Origin: Candidatus Zhuqueibacterota bacterium
GTDB taxonomy: Bacteria > Zhuqueibacterota > Zhuqueibacteria > Thermofontimicrobiales > Thermofontimicrobiaceae
NCBI GenBank assembly: GCA_049322915.1
Contig: JBMOPW010000034.1
Span: 616,567-680,566, forward strand
Length of the DNA: 64,000 bases
Reading direction: 5' to 3'
The notes beneath the pieces are model-generated. The model was not told where the DNA came from and did not search any database. It saw nothing but the letters and a program-made list of their open reading frames with translations. The translations under genes were made by a program, and so were the position numbers. Below, one piece after another: positions 10,722-20,308 of the stretch (positions are counted from its first letter, which is position 1; each line of letters begins with the position of its first letter).

Positions 10722-10841
10722 TCCAGTCTTCTCCCATTATAAAGTCCGATTTCATTTCATTTGGTGATCCGAATCTTCCGTCCGAGTTCCAGTGATTGAC
10801 ATACGAGCCGTATTCCCGAAAGTCAGTGAAGCGATGGCCGA

Positions 10842-11906
10842 TCAGTACACTCGCGCGCGCTCTTCATTCCTGAGCACCCGGAGCGCGCCGACTGCCAGGG
10901 CTTCCATTTCAAATTCGCCGGGAAGTATGAGCACTTCCGCGATGAATTTCACGCGCTCCACAATCCAGCCGGTCAGCAGTTTTGATTTGGCAAGTCCGCC
11001 GCTGATGACAATAGCCCGAACATCGCCGTCCACCACAGTGGCCATGGCGCCGATCTCCTTCGAAATCTGGTAGGCCATTGCCTGGTACACGTCGCGGGCA
11101 TGCGAGTCTCCCTGCCCGATTCGCTTTTCCACCTCTTCCGCGTTCGTGGTATTTAAATACGCCATGAGTCCGCCCTGGCCCATCACCATTTTTGCCATTT
11201 GCTGCCGGGTGTATTCCCCGGAAAAACACAGGGAGATGAACGGCTGAAGCGGTAAATCGCCGGTTCGCTCCGGCGAAAACGGGCCGGAACTGGAGGCGTC
11301 ATTCACATCGATGATCCTCCCCTGCTTCAACGGACACACAGAAATGCCGCCGCCCAGATGCGCGATGATGAAATTCACCGCCGAATAATCAGCGCCCAGT
11401 CTGTCCGCCGCCATTCGGCCCACCGCGTGAATATTCAGCGTGTGCGACAGCGCGCGCCGTTGAATGAGCGGATGACCGGAGTAACGCGCCAGCGGTTCAA
11501 ACTCATCGACTGAGACCGGATCCACGACGTAGGCAGCAACACCGGCCTCGTCCGCCAGGCTTTTGGCCAGAGCGCAGCCCAGGTTGGAGGCGTGTTCGCC
11601 CTGAATTCCGGCGCGGGCGTCCGCGATCATCGCGTCGCTCACGAGATAGGTTCCCCCGGGGATCGATTTCAGCAATCCGCCGCGACCAACCACAGCGGCG
11701 AGTTCGCACACGGGGACGTTCACCTTTGCCAAAAAGGCCAGAATGGCTTTCAGCCGCAGGTCGAATTGATCCCACAGACCGGAAAACCGCTGCAAGTCAT
11801 CCCGCGAATGAGCAATCGACTCTTCATGGACTCGCGTTTCATCTTCAAAAACAGCTACTTTGGTGGATGTTGAACCGGGATTGATGACTAAAATTTTATG
11901 AGGCAT
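10842..11906 (-). CDS. buk: Butyrate kinase / branched-chain carboxylic acid kinase
   Basis: ILVINPGSTSTK, GRGGLL, HASNLG, AHLGGGISV, PFSPER, PGEFEMEALA; start at ATG 11906 with GGAG RBS. Confidence 0.93.
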   Translation of the reverse strand: MPHKILVINPGSTSTKVAVFEDETRVHEESIAHSRDDLQRFSGLWDQFDLRLKAILAFLAKVNVPVCELAAVVGRGGLLKSIPGGTYLVSDAMIADARAGIQGEHASNLGCALAKSLADEAGVAAYVVDPVSVDEFEPLARYSGHPLIQRRALSHTLNIHAVGRMAADRLGADYSAVNFIIAHLGGGISVCPLKQGRIIDVNDASSSGPFSPERTGDLPLQPFISLCFSGEYTRQQMAKMVMGQGGLMAYLNTTNAEEVEKRIGQGDSHARDVYQAMAYQISKEIGAMATVVDGDVRAIVISGGLAKSKLLTGWIVERVKFIAEVLILPGEFEMEALAVGALRVLRNEERARVY

Positions 11907-12016
11907 TGCATCGAACTCCTGCAAGAATGATGTCCTGCTCTCCGGCGCTGCAGAAGAGCCACTGTGAATCGCGTATTTTTTTCAACCGGTAGTCTGCTGC
12001 ATCAGCGGGCATTCGG

Positions 12017-13711
12017 TTATCCCCGCCTCAAAATCATGCCTGGCAGATTGTTGGTGTGCGTTTCATTGTTGATGACCCATTGGCCATTGACCAGAACGTG
12101 CGTGATGCCTTTGGGATATTGTTTTGGCTGCACAAACGTGGCGCAGTCCGCCACCGCGTTCAGATCGAACACGACAATGTCGGCAAAATATCCGGGCTGA
12201 ATAGCGCCTCGCTTTTTCAGGCCAAATTTCTCCGCCGGCAGCGACGTCATTTTGCGAATGCCCTCTTCCAGGCCGGTAATTTTTCTATCGCGCAGATAAT
12301 ATCCCAGCACCCGCGGGAACGTTCCGAAATTGCGCGGATGCGGATTTCCCTTGCTCAGGATGCCGGTGGTCGCAATGGAGTCGCCATCAGAGCCGATCAT
12401 GGTGAACGGCGCTTGCAGCACCTTTATCGTTGTCTCTTCATCCATGGCAAAAACGACCATGGAAACAGAGCCTTTCTCCGCGATCAGTGTCCGGCGGACC
12501 CACTCGAATGGTTCGACATTTTCATGCTGCGCATTTTGCAACACCGTTTTCCCGGCGCAGGAACGGCGTTCTTCGGAAGCGATGGAACTGATCAGGATCG
12601 AGTCCCATGAACCAATGTCGCTGATCTTTTGCTCCACGATTGGCCGCACTTTGGCAATGAGACCTTCATCCTTAAATCGGGCAAGTATCTCATCCGTGTT
12701 CCCTTCGCGGAACCAGAGCGGGAAAAGCAGCATGAGCGTGGTGTTGTAAGCAATGTAGGGATAGCGATCCGCATGGACGTTCAGGTCTTCGGCGCGGGCG
12801 GCTTCAATGGCGGCTAAAAATGAATCGACAAAATGCCAGTTTTTTTTCTGGCAGGCTTTGAGGTGTGAAAGCTGCACGCTGACTCCGGCCTTTCTGCCGA
12901 TCTCAATGGCTTCCGCCACTGCTTCCATAACCCGATCATCTTCGTTGCGCATGTGAGTCGCGTACACGCCGCCATAAGCGGGAAGAGCTTGACACAGCCG
13001 AATCAATTCCTCGGTGGAACCAAAACTGCCCGGCGTGTATTCCAGTCCGGTGGAAAGTCCCAGCGCCCCCTGATCCAGTCCTTTCTCCAACTCATAAATC
13101 ATCTGTTTCAAGTCCGACTCCGTCGCCGGCTTGTTGGCCATCCCCATCACCACCTCCCGGATGGTGCTGTGGCCGACGAATGTGGCGTAGTTGAGCGCAG
13201 TCCCTTTTTCTTCCAATCGTTTCAGGAACGATCCGGCGTCATTCCAGTTGACCTCAACGCCGTAGTCCTCCAGAATGTCCGCCGAATAGTCCGCAACGTT
13301 TTCTTTGGCGATCGGAAAGGGCGAGTAGCCGCAATTGCCGCTAATTTCCGTGGTGACGCCCTGCCGGATTTTGCTGTCCGCATTGGGATTCACCAGCAGG
13401 CAGATATCAGAATGGGAATGGACATCGATGAAGCCCGGACAAACAATATGGTTCGTCGCGTCGATGGTCCGGGTTGCTGTTCGGTCCGACAAATCCCCAA
13501 TCGCCCGAATGTACTGACCGATAATGCCGACATCGCCTTTGAACGCAGCTTTTCCGCTGCCATCGATGATCGTCCCATTTTTAATGATGAAATCAAATTC
13601 GTGCGCGGCGCAGCCCGAGTTCAGAAATGGCAATCCTCCGATGACGCCGACTCCCAGGCCTAATTGAATACTGGATTGAATGAATTCTCTTCGGGTTAAC
13701 TTGGTGCTCAT
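12017..13711 (-). CDS. N-acyl-D-amino-acid deacylase family amidohydrolase with Tat signal/lipobox
   Basis: PGFIDVHSHSD, GNCG, THMRNE, IGSDG, HPRNFGTFPR; N-terminus TRREFI...LNSGC. Confidence 0.85.
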   Translation of the reverse strand: MSTKLTRREFIQSSIQLGLGVGVIGGLPFLNSGCAAHEFDFIIKNGTIIDGSGKAAFKGDVGIIGQYIRAIGDLSDRTATRTIDATNHIVCPGFIDVHSHSDICLLVNPNADSKIRQGVTTEISGNCGYSPFPIAKENVADYSADILEDYGVEVNWNDAGSFLKRLEEKGTALNYATFVGHSTIREVVMGMANKPATESDLKQMIYELEKGLDQGALGLSTGLEYTPGSFGSTEELIRLCQALPAYGGVYATHMRNEDDRVMEAVAEAIEIGRKAGVSVQLSHLKACQKKNWHFVDSFLAAIEAARAEDLNVHADRYPYIAYNTTLMLLFPLWFREGNTDEILARFKDEGLIAKVRPIVEQKISDIGSWDSILISSIASEERRSCAGKTVLQNAQHENVEPFEWVRRTLIAEKGSVSMVVFAMDEETTIKVLQAPFTMIGSDGDSIATTGILSKGNPHPRNFGTFPRVLGYYLRDRKITGLEEGIRKMTSLPAEKFGLKKRGAIQPGYFADIVVFDLNAVADCATFVQPKQYPKGITHVLVNGQWVINNETHTNNLPGMILRRG

Positions 13712-14159
13712 TGTTCCTCCTTCTGTTTTAGGACATCAGAGAACATGCTCAGCAAGAGATGGGTGCAGTGGCAAGTCATATATCCGTAATAACATTCTTA
13801 ATTTTCTTAATTTCTCATAATTTAGTTAGCCCTGCAAGTTACCAAAATTTATATTGAAAATCAATAGAAAATTTTTCAAAAATTAAGGCTGGCTGCAGCC
13901 ATTTTGTGCGTCACTTTGCCCTGAATTTATTACCAGCCGGCATGGCGCGCCTGGACTATCCGCCTGAATTGATCACAGCCCCGGAGTGCCGGATGAATGG
14001 GATCAGGTCTGCGGGAGCTGTTTGGAATCCTCGTCATGCCTAAATTTTTTCTTGCTTTTGAAGCAAATAATGTTAAAATAGAAAACGAAACCCGGACAAA
14101 AGAATCGCGCCGGAATGGAGTGTTGAACACGCCACTATTCACATGCTGGAGGAGAACCG

Positions 14160-14678
14160 ATGTTGAACAAAGCTGAATTATCAAAGGATGATCTGTGGAA
14201 TTTACTGACCGATGCTGCGAAAAACTGGCTGGCCCATGATGGCCTCTGGTTTTTGGCGGCGGAGAAAAAATTTGGTATGGATATGGCCATGGAATTGGAT
14301 GAACGCGCCTGGCACGGCTTTGCTGTGGCTGAAGCGAATCGGATTTTGGAGCGATTGGGGATGAAACCGGGCGGAGGCATTCCGGCGCTGGTGAAAGCCT
14401 TTGATTACCGCATGTATGCGTTCATCAACACCTATGAAATTTCAGACATCAGCGAGACGCGGTGCCGGTTCAGGATGACGTCGTGCCGGGTTCAGGCGGC
14501 GCGCAAGCGAAAAGGCCTGCCCGATTTTCCCTGCAAACCGGTGGGGATAACGGAGTTCTCGCAATTTGCGCGAACCATCGATCCCCGCATTCAGACCCGG
14601 TGCATCGCCTGCCCGCCGGATCAACATCCGGACAACGAATGGTGCTCGTGGGAATTCACCGTGGTCGAGCCGAAGTGA
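14160..14678 (+). CDS. DUF6125-like protein (V4R-like, Cys-rich)
   Basis: WLAHDGLWF motif; CRVQ..R, FPCK, CIACPPD, WCSW; GGAGG RBS. Confidence 0.7.
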   Translation: MLNKAELSKDDLWNLLTDAAKNWLAHDGLWFLAAEKKFGMDMAMELDERAWHGFAVAEANRILERLGMKPGGGIPALVKAFDYRMYAFINTYEISDISETRCRFRMTSCRVQAARKRKGLPDFPCKPVGITEFSQFARTIDPRIQTRCIACPPDQHPDNEWCSWEFTVVEPK

Positions 14679-16550
14679 TCAGTTATTCTCATCCAGAATT
14701 TTTTTGATGATGTCTGTCAACAGGCTCACCTCGAAGGGCTTGTGCAGGAATCCGTTGGCGCCGAGGCTCATGATGTCTTTTACCGGGCCGGTCTCATCAA
14801 AGCCGGAGCAGAGAAGAATTTTGACGCCCGGTTTGATTTTTTTCAGGCGCTTGAACAGCATCACGCCGGCGATTCCCGGCATGACGACATCGAGGATGAT
14901 CAAATCGATTTCATTGTGATGCTTCAAAATATCCATGCCGGAGCGCCCGTCGATGGCCGTGTAAATTTTATAGCCTACCCGCTCCAGACTGAATTTCATG
15001 ATATCCAGCGTTACTTTCTCATCGTCAATCACCAGGATGCTCTCCGTGCCGGCGGTGAGTTGGACTGAAGACGCGCCCATCTCCGGCTCTGCCGGTTTCT
15101 GGGTTGCCGGAAAAGAAATGGTGACCCTGGTACCCCTGCCCACCTCGCTCTCGACCTGTATCTCGCCGTTATGAATTTTCACAATCCGATTGACAACAGC
15201 CATTCCCAATCCCCGTCCATGGGCTTTCGTACTGTAAAATGGTTCGAAAATTTTATCGAGGCTGAACGCGTCCATACCCGAACCATTGTCCTCAACGATG
15301 AGCTGCGTATGGGTTGTTGCGCCCATCTCCCGAATGACGATCCGACTTCGCGTGGTAATTTTAATGATGCCGCTCTGCTGCATCGATTCAGCGCTATTGG
15401 AAACCAGGTTCACAATGACCTGCTGCAACTGAACAGGATCCGCCAGAATGAGCGGCGGTGGTTCCTCAAAATCTGTAATAATTGAGATGGACGGGTCGAG
15501 CGTTCGGGAGATAAAAGTGATGATATTGGTGATCATAATATTGATGTTCGTAGCGACCGGTTCGAACTTGCCGCCTCGCGAAAAAACCATGAGCTGTCGG
15601 GTCAATTTCGACATTCGCTGCGCCGACTTCCCAATATCCTGGGCATATAAAAACGCTTCGCTTTCAGCGGGCAGAATCGTTTGCAGCAGCGAGGCGTAAC
15701 CCAGAATCCCCACCAGGATATTGTTAAAATCGTGAGCCACGCCGCCGGCGAGCGTACCGATGGATTCCATTTTCTGCGCTCGAAACAACTCAAGCTGAAG
15801 CTGCTGCCGTTCAAAATCCACCTGATAATGCTCAGTGACGTCATAGCCAATAGCCCACAAGGTGAAATCCGGTATTGGGACCAGTTCGGATAAGAGTATC
15901 CATTGAATGTGTCGCGCCAGTCCATCTTTTGTGGTTATTTCTCTTTCCAGATGCTTTCCGCCATTCGTCTGAACTTCATGCATTTCATCGCGACGAAGCA
16001 CGAGGGATTCGAATAATTCCCGGCTGTCCCGAAGTTCGGCGCGGCTGTAACCGGTCACATCCTCCGCTGCCTTGTTCCATACAAGCAGCGACTCTCCCGA
16101 ACCCAACGCTACCACCATCATCGGCAGGTTTTCTAAAATGAACATCGTCGGCTCGTCGATGCGAGGCGTCATGATCTCGCTCGAAAATCGGGTCGGACTG
16201 CCGATTGCCAGCAGTTGAGGGATTTCACCCTCCTGACTCGGAACAGGTGTAAAGCTCCAATCAAACAATTGGACTTGCTGCGGCGAAATGGATGTAGGCA
16301 GACGGAGCTTTCGCTCCATGCCCGAATTCCGACATGCTTCGAGCTGGTTGATCAGGGCAGGTCGTTCCTCATTGGAGATTTGAATGAAGTCCCACACGTG
16401 GAATGGTGTGGAACTCGCCGCATCGCGCGTGAGATGAATGGATTGACACTGATTCAACATTGTGCACGTGTCGTTGTTATCGATGAGCAGAACAGAACAG
16501 TTTGTATTTTTCAGCCATGTTGAGAGAAGTCGATCGATGGGACCAGTCAT
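14679..16550 (-). CDS. PAS-domain hybrid sensor histidine kinase/response regulator
   Basis: PAS (WNKAAEDVTGYS), H-box AHDFNNIL, N/G boxes (DNGSGM, GRGLGM), receiver (VIDDE, LDVVMPG, KPF); no TM helix. Confidence 0.92.
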   Translation of the reverse strand: MTGPIDRLLSTWLKNTNCSVLLIDNNDTCTMLNQCQSIHLTRDAASSTPFHVWDFIQISNEERPALINQLEACRNSGMERKLRLPTSISPQQVQLFDWSFTPVPSQEGEIPQLLAIGSPTRFSSEIMTPRIDEPTMFILENLPMMVVALGSGESLLVWNKAAEDVTGYSRAELRDSRELFESLVLRRDEMHEVQTNGGKHLEREITTKDGLARHIQWILLSELVPIPDFTLWAIGYDVTEHYQVDFERQQLQLELFRAQKMESIGTLAGGVAHDFNNILVGILGYASLLQTILPAESEAFLYAQDIGKSAQRMSKLTRQLMVFSRGGKFEPVATNINIMITNIITFISRTLDPSISIITDFEEPPPLILADPVQLQQVIVNLVSNSAESMQQSGIIKITTRSRIVIREMGATTHTQLIVEDNGSGMDAFSLDKIFEPFYSTKAHGRGLGMAVVNRIVKIHNGEIQVESEVGRGTRVTISFPATQKPAEPEMGASSVQLTAGTESILVIDDEKVTLDIMKFSLERVGYKIYTAIDGRSGMDILKHHNEIDLIILDVVMPGIAGVMLFKRLKKIKPGVKILLCSGFDETGPVKDIMSLGANGFLHKPFEVSLLTDIIKKILDENN

Positions 16551-16795
16551 TGAGTTGAACCAAATGGGTTATTATCAAATGGAAAACAATCATCTAATAA
16601 AGTCATAGGTGTTTGGAAAATGCAATAATTATACCAACCTTTAATTGCGGAAGTTTTTACGCCTCTCAATGTGAAATTGACTATTGCAGCGTTGGATGAA
16701 GACCAGAACAGGGGCGAGCATTTCTTTGATGCAGAAAAGTACTAAAAAGTGGCCAATTTTTATTGACGTATGTTCGGAATTTAACCAATGGAAAT

Positions 16796-17185
16796 TTACT
16801 GAGCAGCATGCACCATGGAAAATTGATACCCGCGATTCACCCAATAATGCCAATCTTCGATCGCTTCGTTGGTCACGTCATCGGCGTCAATGGCTCTGAG
16901 CTGGGAGAGCGGCGCCTTAATCTTTCGAAATGTGGACTGCACTTCAACGCAGATTTCCTGCAGGCAGTCCCGCTCTTTTGCCAATCCAATGACTCTGACG
17001 ATTTCACCAAAGGCTAAAGGAGAATATTTTTTCTCCGTAACACAGCGGGCGTGAAACGGGACATGAAGTTTCGAATCAAGATAATAGTACCAACCCATCG
17101 CACATTCTGCCTCGTCATAAGCGTCAACGGTGATCCCCCACATGATGCGATATTCTCGCTGTACATTTCTTTCAGCATGTGTCAT
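16796..17185 (-). CDS. Calcium-binding protein, CcbP-like
   Basis: VDAYDEAECAMGWYYYL..KL.VPF and PLSQL...EAIEDWHYW resemble the CcbP family; GAGGT RBS. Confidence 0.7.
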   Translation of the reverse strand: MTHAERNVQREYRIMWGITVDAYDEAECAMGWYYYLDSKLHVPFHARCVTEKKYSPLAFGEIVRVIGLAKERDCLQEICVEVQSTFRKIKAPLSQLRAIDADDVTNEAIEDWHYWVNRGYQFSMVHAAQ

Positions 17186-17398
17186 GACGACCTCTGAGCT
17201 TATTGTTAAAAGTAAATCATGGTTCCATCGGTAAAAACCTTGTTATTGATTCCTATCTTACTATCAGTTCGCTCACTAAAATGTATTTAATCTTGTTTTA
17301 AATTTCAACCAAAATTTTCAATATTGCCAATATTTAATAACATGGAACCGTTGGACAATTCAGGTCTGGACTGTTGTTTTTCTTCCGATTGCTTCTAC

Positions 17399-17437
17399 AA
17401 AAAAACGCCGGGGCACAGGAACTGCGCTGACGGCGTT
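17399..17437 (-). terminator. Intrinsic terminator closing the glycan/corrinoid locus
   Basis: Stem AACGCCG...CGGCGTT followed by a T-tract on the minus strand, ~75 bp after the last gene. Confidence 0.55.
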
Positions 17438-17513
17438 GATGTGGAACAAATATCGTCATAACCTGAATCGGCTTTGAAACCCGATCCGATGTCCAGCGGT
17501 ACAGTACGGCGGC

Positions 17514-18593
17514 TCAGGCCAATTTTAACTTCAAAAACCGCGGGAAATAAATGCGCAGATCATCGACGCATGTTTGCAGTGTTTTTGAATTCGTCACATA
17601 GGTGATAATCAATTCATCGTGCGCGCGCGACAGCTCCGGATGCGCTTTTACGGCGTAACAAAAATAGAGGGGACTCCAATCCACTTCCGGGCAATTGTAA
17701 ATGATCGTTGGTTCGGAGAAGGGTCCGTACGGCGTGTCGGCGAAACGAACGGTGATATGCTTTCCGTCTTTGCCAGAGTTAGCAACCAAAATATATGCGC
17801 CGAATTCACGGAGATACGTGACGGAAAACTCGGTGTTCGAGTTTTCAAAGACCGGGGAAATTTCGTTGCGATTGCCAGTCCAGCGCTGATTGATCCCATC
17901 GCGAAATTGCCAGTGGTGCATTCCGACGAAATTGAATTTTCCCTGCAGGTCCATCCGGGCAATGACGAGATTCGGCGGGTCAGTGATGACCGGCGTGGTT
18001 TTTTGAAAGCCGTAAATGTACACATAGCCGTGATCGATCAATATATTGGAACCGAAGGTACCCAGATCCTGTCGCCACGGAAGTTCATGAATTTTCAAAT
18101 GCCATTTTTCAGGCGGATCAAACGGGTTATCGATCTCGTAGATCAAATTTCCCACCAGTTTAAAACCAAAAGCATCGTTGATATTGGTCTGCACAATTCG
18201 AACAGCCAGGACGAACAACGTGCTTCCCAACAGCACCGAACTGAATGGCCAGACTCTACCGGGGACAGATGTATCATCGAACAAGGCCAGCGGGGATTTC
18301 TGTTTCATTGGCCAGAAAAACTGCAATCGGAAATCTCGTGCGCTGAAATCGCCGGTTTGAATAGCAATAGAATTGCTGATGATGACAGCGTCCACGCGAT
18401 TCTTCTGCGCCGGCGCTCGCTGTATAAATGAATCGCCGAAGAGCCACAGATTCTGGTCGTTGGTCAACGGCATGCTGAACGCCAAATCGCCGCCAATCCA
18501 GCCCTGATCATTCTGCTGAAAAGCGCACTCGAATTCAGGCAGCGGCTCGACGGAAATAACTTTCGGGAATTGCTTTTTCATATCGTTCTTCAT
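17514..18593 (-). CDS. DUF4185/DUF5005-like beta-propeller protein (putative glycoside hydrolase)
   Basis: GWIGGDLAFS..LWLFGDSF, EFSV, PYGPFSEP, YAVKAHPELS, YFPRF; no signal peptide; start uncertain (18581/18593/18602). Confidence 0.65.
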   Translation of the reverse strand: MKNDMKKQFPKVISVEPLPEFECAFQQNDQGWIGGDLAFSMPLTNDQNLWLFGDSFIQRAPAQKNRVDAVIISNSIAIQTGDFSARDFRLQFFWPMKQKSPLALFDDTSVPGRVWPFSSVLLGSTLFVLAVRIVQTNINDAFGFKLVGNLIYEIDNPFDPPEKWHLKIHELPWRQDLGTFGSNILIDHGYVYIYGFQKTTPVITDPPNLVIARMDLQGKFNFVGMHHWQFRDGINQRWTGNRNEISPVFENSNTEFSVTYLREFGAYILVANSGKDGKHITVRFADTPYGPFSEPTIIYNCPEVDWSPLYFCYAVKAHPELSRAHDELIITYVTNSKTLQTCVDDLRIYFPRFLKLKLA

Positions 18594-18709
18594 TTCTCTC
18601 AATTAAGTGAAGCGGCTCCAGCGGATTTATTCCAGCCGGACCAGCGCCGGATCGGGCAGACTCTCGTCCGGTAGGTGTGATTTAAAAAAGTGGCTCATCC
18701 GGCATGCCG

Positions 18710-19915
18710 TTACATGTGAATCGGATAGTTGCGCCATTTGATGGCCGCATCATAGGCAGCCACGATATTTTCGGGCGGGACATTGGCCTGGATATTATGC
18801 ACCTGGGTGAAGACAAATCCCCCGCCAGGCGCGAAAATTCGGATGCGGTCTTTCACCATGTCCGCGACCTCCTCAGGAGAAGCTCCCGGCAGCGCATGCT
18901 GCGTATCAACGCCGCCGCCCCAGAACGTGAGTTTGTCCCCGAATTCGGCTTTCAATCGGGTCGGGTCCATTTTAGCGGCCGAAGTCTGCACCGGGTTGAG
19001 AACGTCCACGCCGGCATCGATCAAATCCGGAATCAAATCGTACACCGAGCCGCAGCTATGGAGGAACACGTAAAGATCGGAATGCTGCTTCACATACTGG
19101 TAGATTTTCTGATGCCGCGGTTTGATAAACTCCCGATACATATCAGGGGAGAGCTGGGTTGCATGCTGCGTTCCCAGATCATCCCCCATCTGAATCACCT
19201 GAATGTATGCGCCCACCGCCTGCAAATAGCCTTCCAGGTTTTTCAGGTGCACTTCCACCAGCTTGTCCATCAAATCTTCGGCAAAGCCGGGATTGATGGC
19301 CAGGTCCATCATAAAATTCTCCCAACCGCGATACGCCTGACCCAGTTCCAGAATATTGCCGCCAAATCCGCCCATCACTGCAAAGTCCGTTTGAGTGTAC
19401 AGCTTCTTCGCTTTTAGCTCCAACAATTTCAAATCTTCATCAGTGAAATAGTACCATCGCGCCGAATCCAGATCCTGTTTGGTCGCGGCATTTTCCAGCA
19501 GTGGGTTGCAGGATTCAAAATAGAGGCATCCCTCCGGCATCCGCGAGGAAACTCTGTCCCGGTCCATGATAACCCATTCGTTGCCGCGACGAATGGGGTA
19601 GAAAATCTTTGGCACATAGCCAGAGGACTTATCCGGCAGAGGCCATTCCTGCCAGGCGTCGCTCGTTTCTCCAAATGTATTGGTGAGATCAACGACATCC
19701 ACCTGAAATCGCTTCAGAATTTCCAACTCCGGTTCAGCCAGTTGCTGACCGATATCGTACACGCGGGTGACTCCGCCGGTGATGTTGAGATATGATTTCA
19801 GTTTATTGTAGGCAATGGCCATAATGCCCGTGGACCGCATCGCGCCCAGATCAATGGGCACTTTGTCCGGCTCCTCGTGGCGCAATGTTTTCAACACACG
19901 TTCTCGCGATGTCAT
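18710..19915 (-). CDS. UroD/MtaA-fold protein (putative corrinoid methyltransferase)
   Basis: MTSRERV...EPDKVP, GDDLGTQ, FLHSCGS (HxC), NPVQ, WGGGVDTQ, HNIQ; lacks the HemE RQAGR motif. Confidence 0.8.
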   Translation of the reverse strand: MTSRERVLKTLRHEEPDKVPIDLGAMRSTGIMAIAYNKLKSYLNITGGVTRVYDIGQQLAEPELEILKRFQVDVVDLTNTFGETSDAWQEWPLPDKSSGYVPKIFYPIRRGNEWVIMDRDRVSSRMPEGCLYFESCNPLLENAATKQDLDSARWYYFTDEDLKLLELKAKKLYTQTDFAVMGGFGGNILELGQAYRGWENFMMDLAINPGFAEDLMDKLVEVHLKNLEGYLQAVGAYIQVIQMGDDLGTQHATQLSPDMYREFIKPRHQKIYQYVKQHSDLYVFLHSCGSVYDLIPDLIDAGVDVLNPVQTSAAKMDPTRLKAEFGDKLTFWGGGVDTQHALPGASPEEVADMVKDRIRIFAPGGGFVFTQVHNIQANVPPENIVAAYDAAIKWRNYPIHM

Positions 19916-19954
19916 TTCAGTTCATCCTCTGTAAAATTTGTCCGTGCTAAAAGA

Positions 19955-19986
19955 AGCTATCAGCTATCAGCTATTAGCTATCAGCT
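19955..19986. repeat. Heptamer tandem repeat (AGCTATC)x4.5, left arm of an inverted-repeat element
   Basis: AGCTATC AGCTATC AGCTATT AGCTATC AGCT; related inverted GCTGAAT units at 20089-20098 and 20247-20257. Confidence 0.85.
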
Positions 19987-20098
19987 TTTGGCGACAGGAA
20001 AAACAGCATGTTCAGATGGAATTATCCTGTCACCCAATGAGTGAAACCCGGCAAATGCATCTATTTATTATTTTTGAAAGAGCGTATGGCTGAATGCT

Positions 20099-20246
20099 GT
20101 AACCGTTCACAGGTTCATCGTTCAGGGTTCAGGGTTAATGATAACGTACAGTTGATGACGGACTATTTGAGCATACAAAATGTTTCGAGCGACCATATCC
20201 AAAACGCCAACCGGGAACGCTGAACCCGGAACCTGTGAACGGCCAC
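20099..20246. mobile_element. Miniature inverted-repeat element (GTAACCGTTCAC...GTGAACGGCCAC)
   Basis: Imperfect terminal inverted repeats of ~38 bp built from 7-bp GGTTCAN units; AT-rich non-coding core. Confidence 0.65.
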
Positions 20247-20308
20247 GAATGCGGAACGTCCGCCATCTTTTTGGCGGATCATCCGTGTTCTATGTCTTGG
20301 TTGGGAGT

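Noticed and set aside
17221..17349. Inverted repeat GGTTCCAT/ATGGAACC around an AT-rich core
   Set aside because: Only 8 bp, no TSD or second copy; compatible with chance
18710..19915. Calling this gene hemE (uroporphyrinogen decarboxylase)
   Set aside because: Lacks RQAGR, has an HxC metal motif, and sits among corrinoid and sugar genes rather than tetrapyrrole genes
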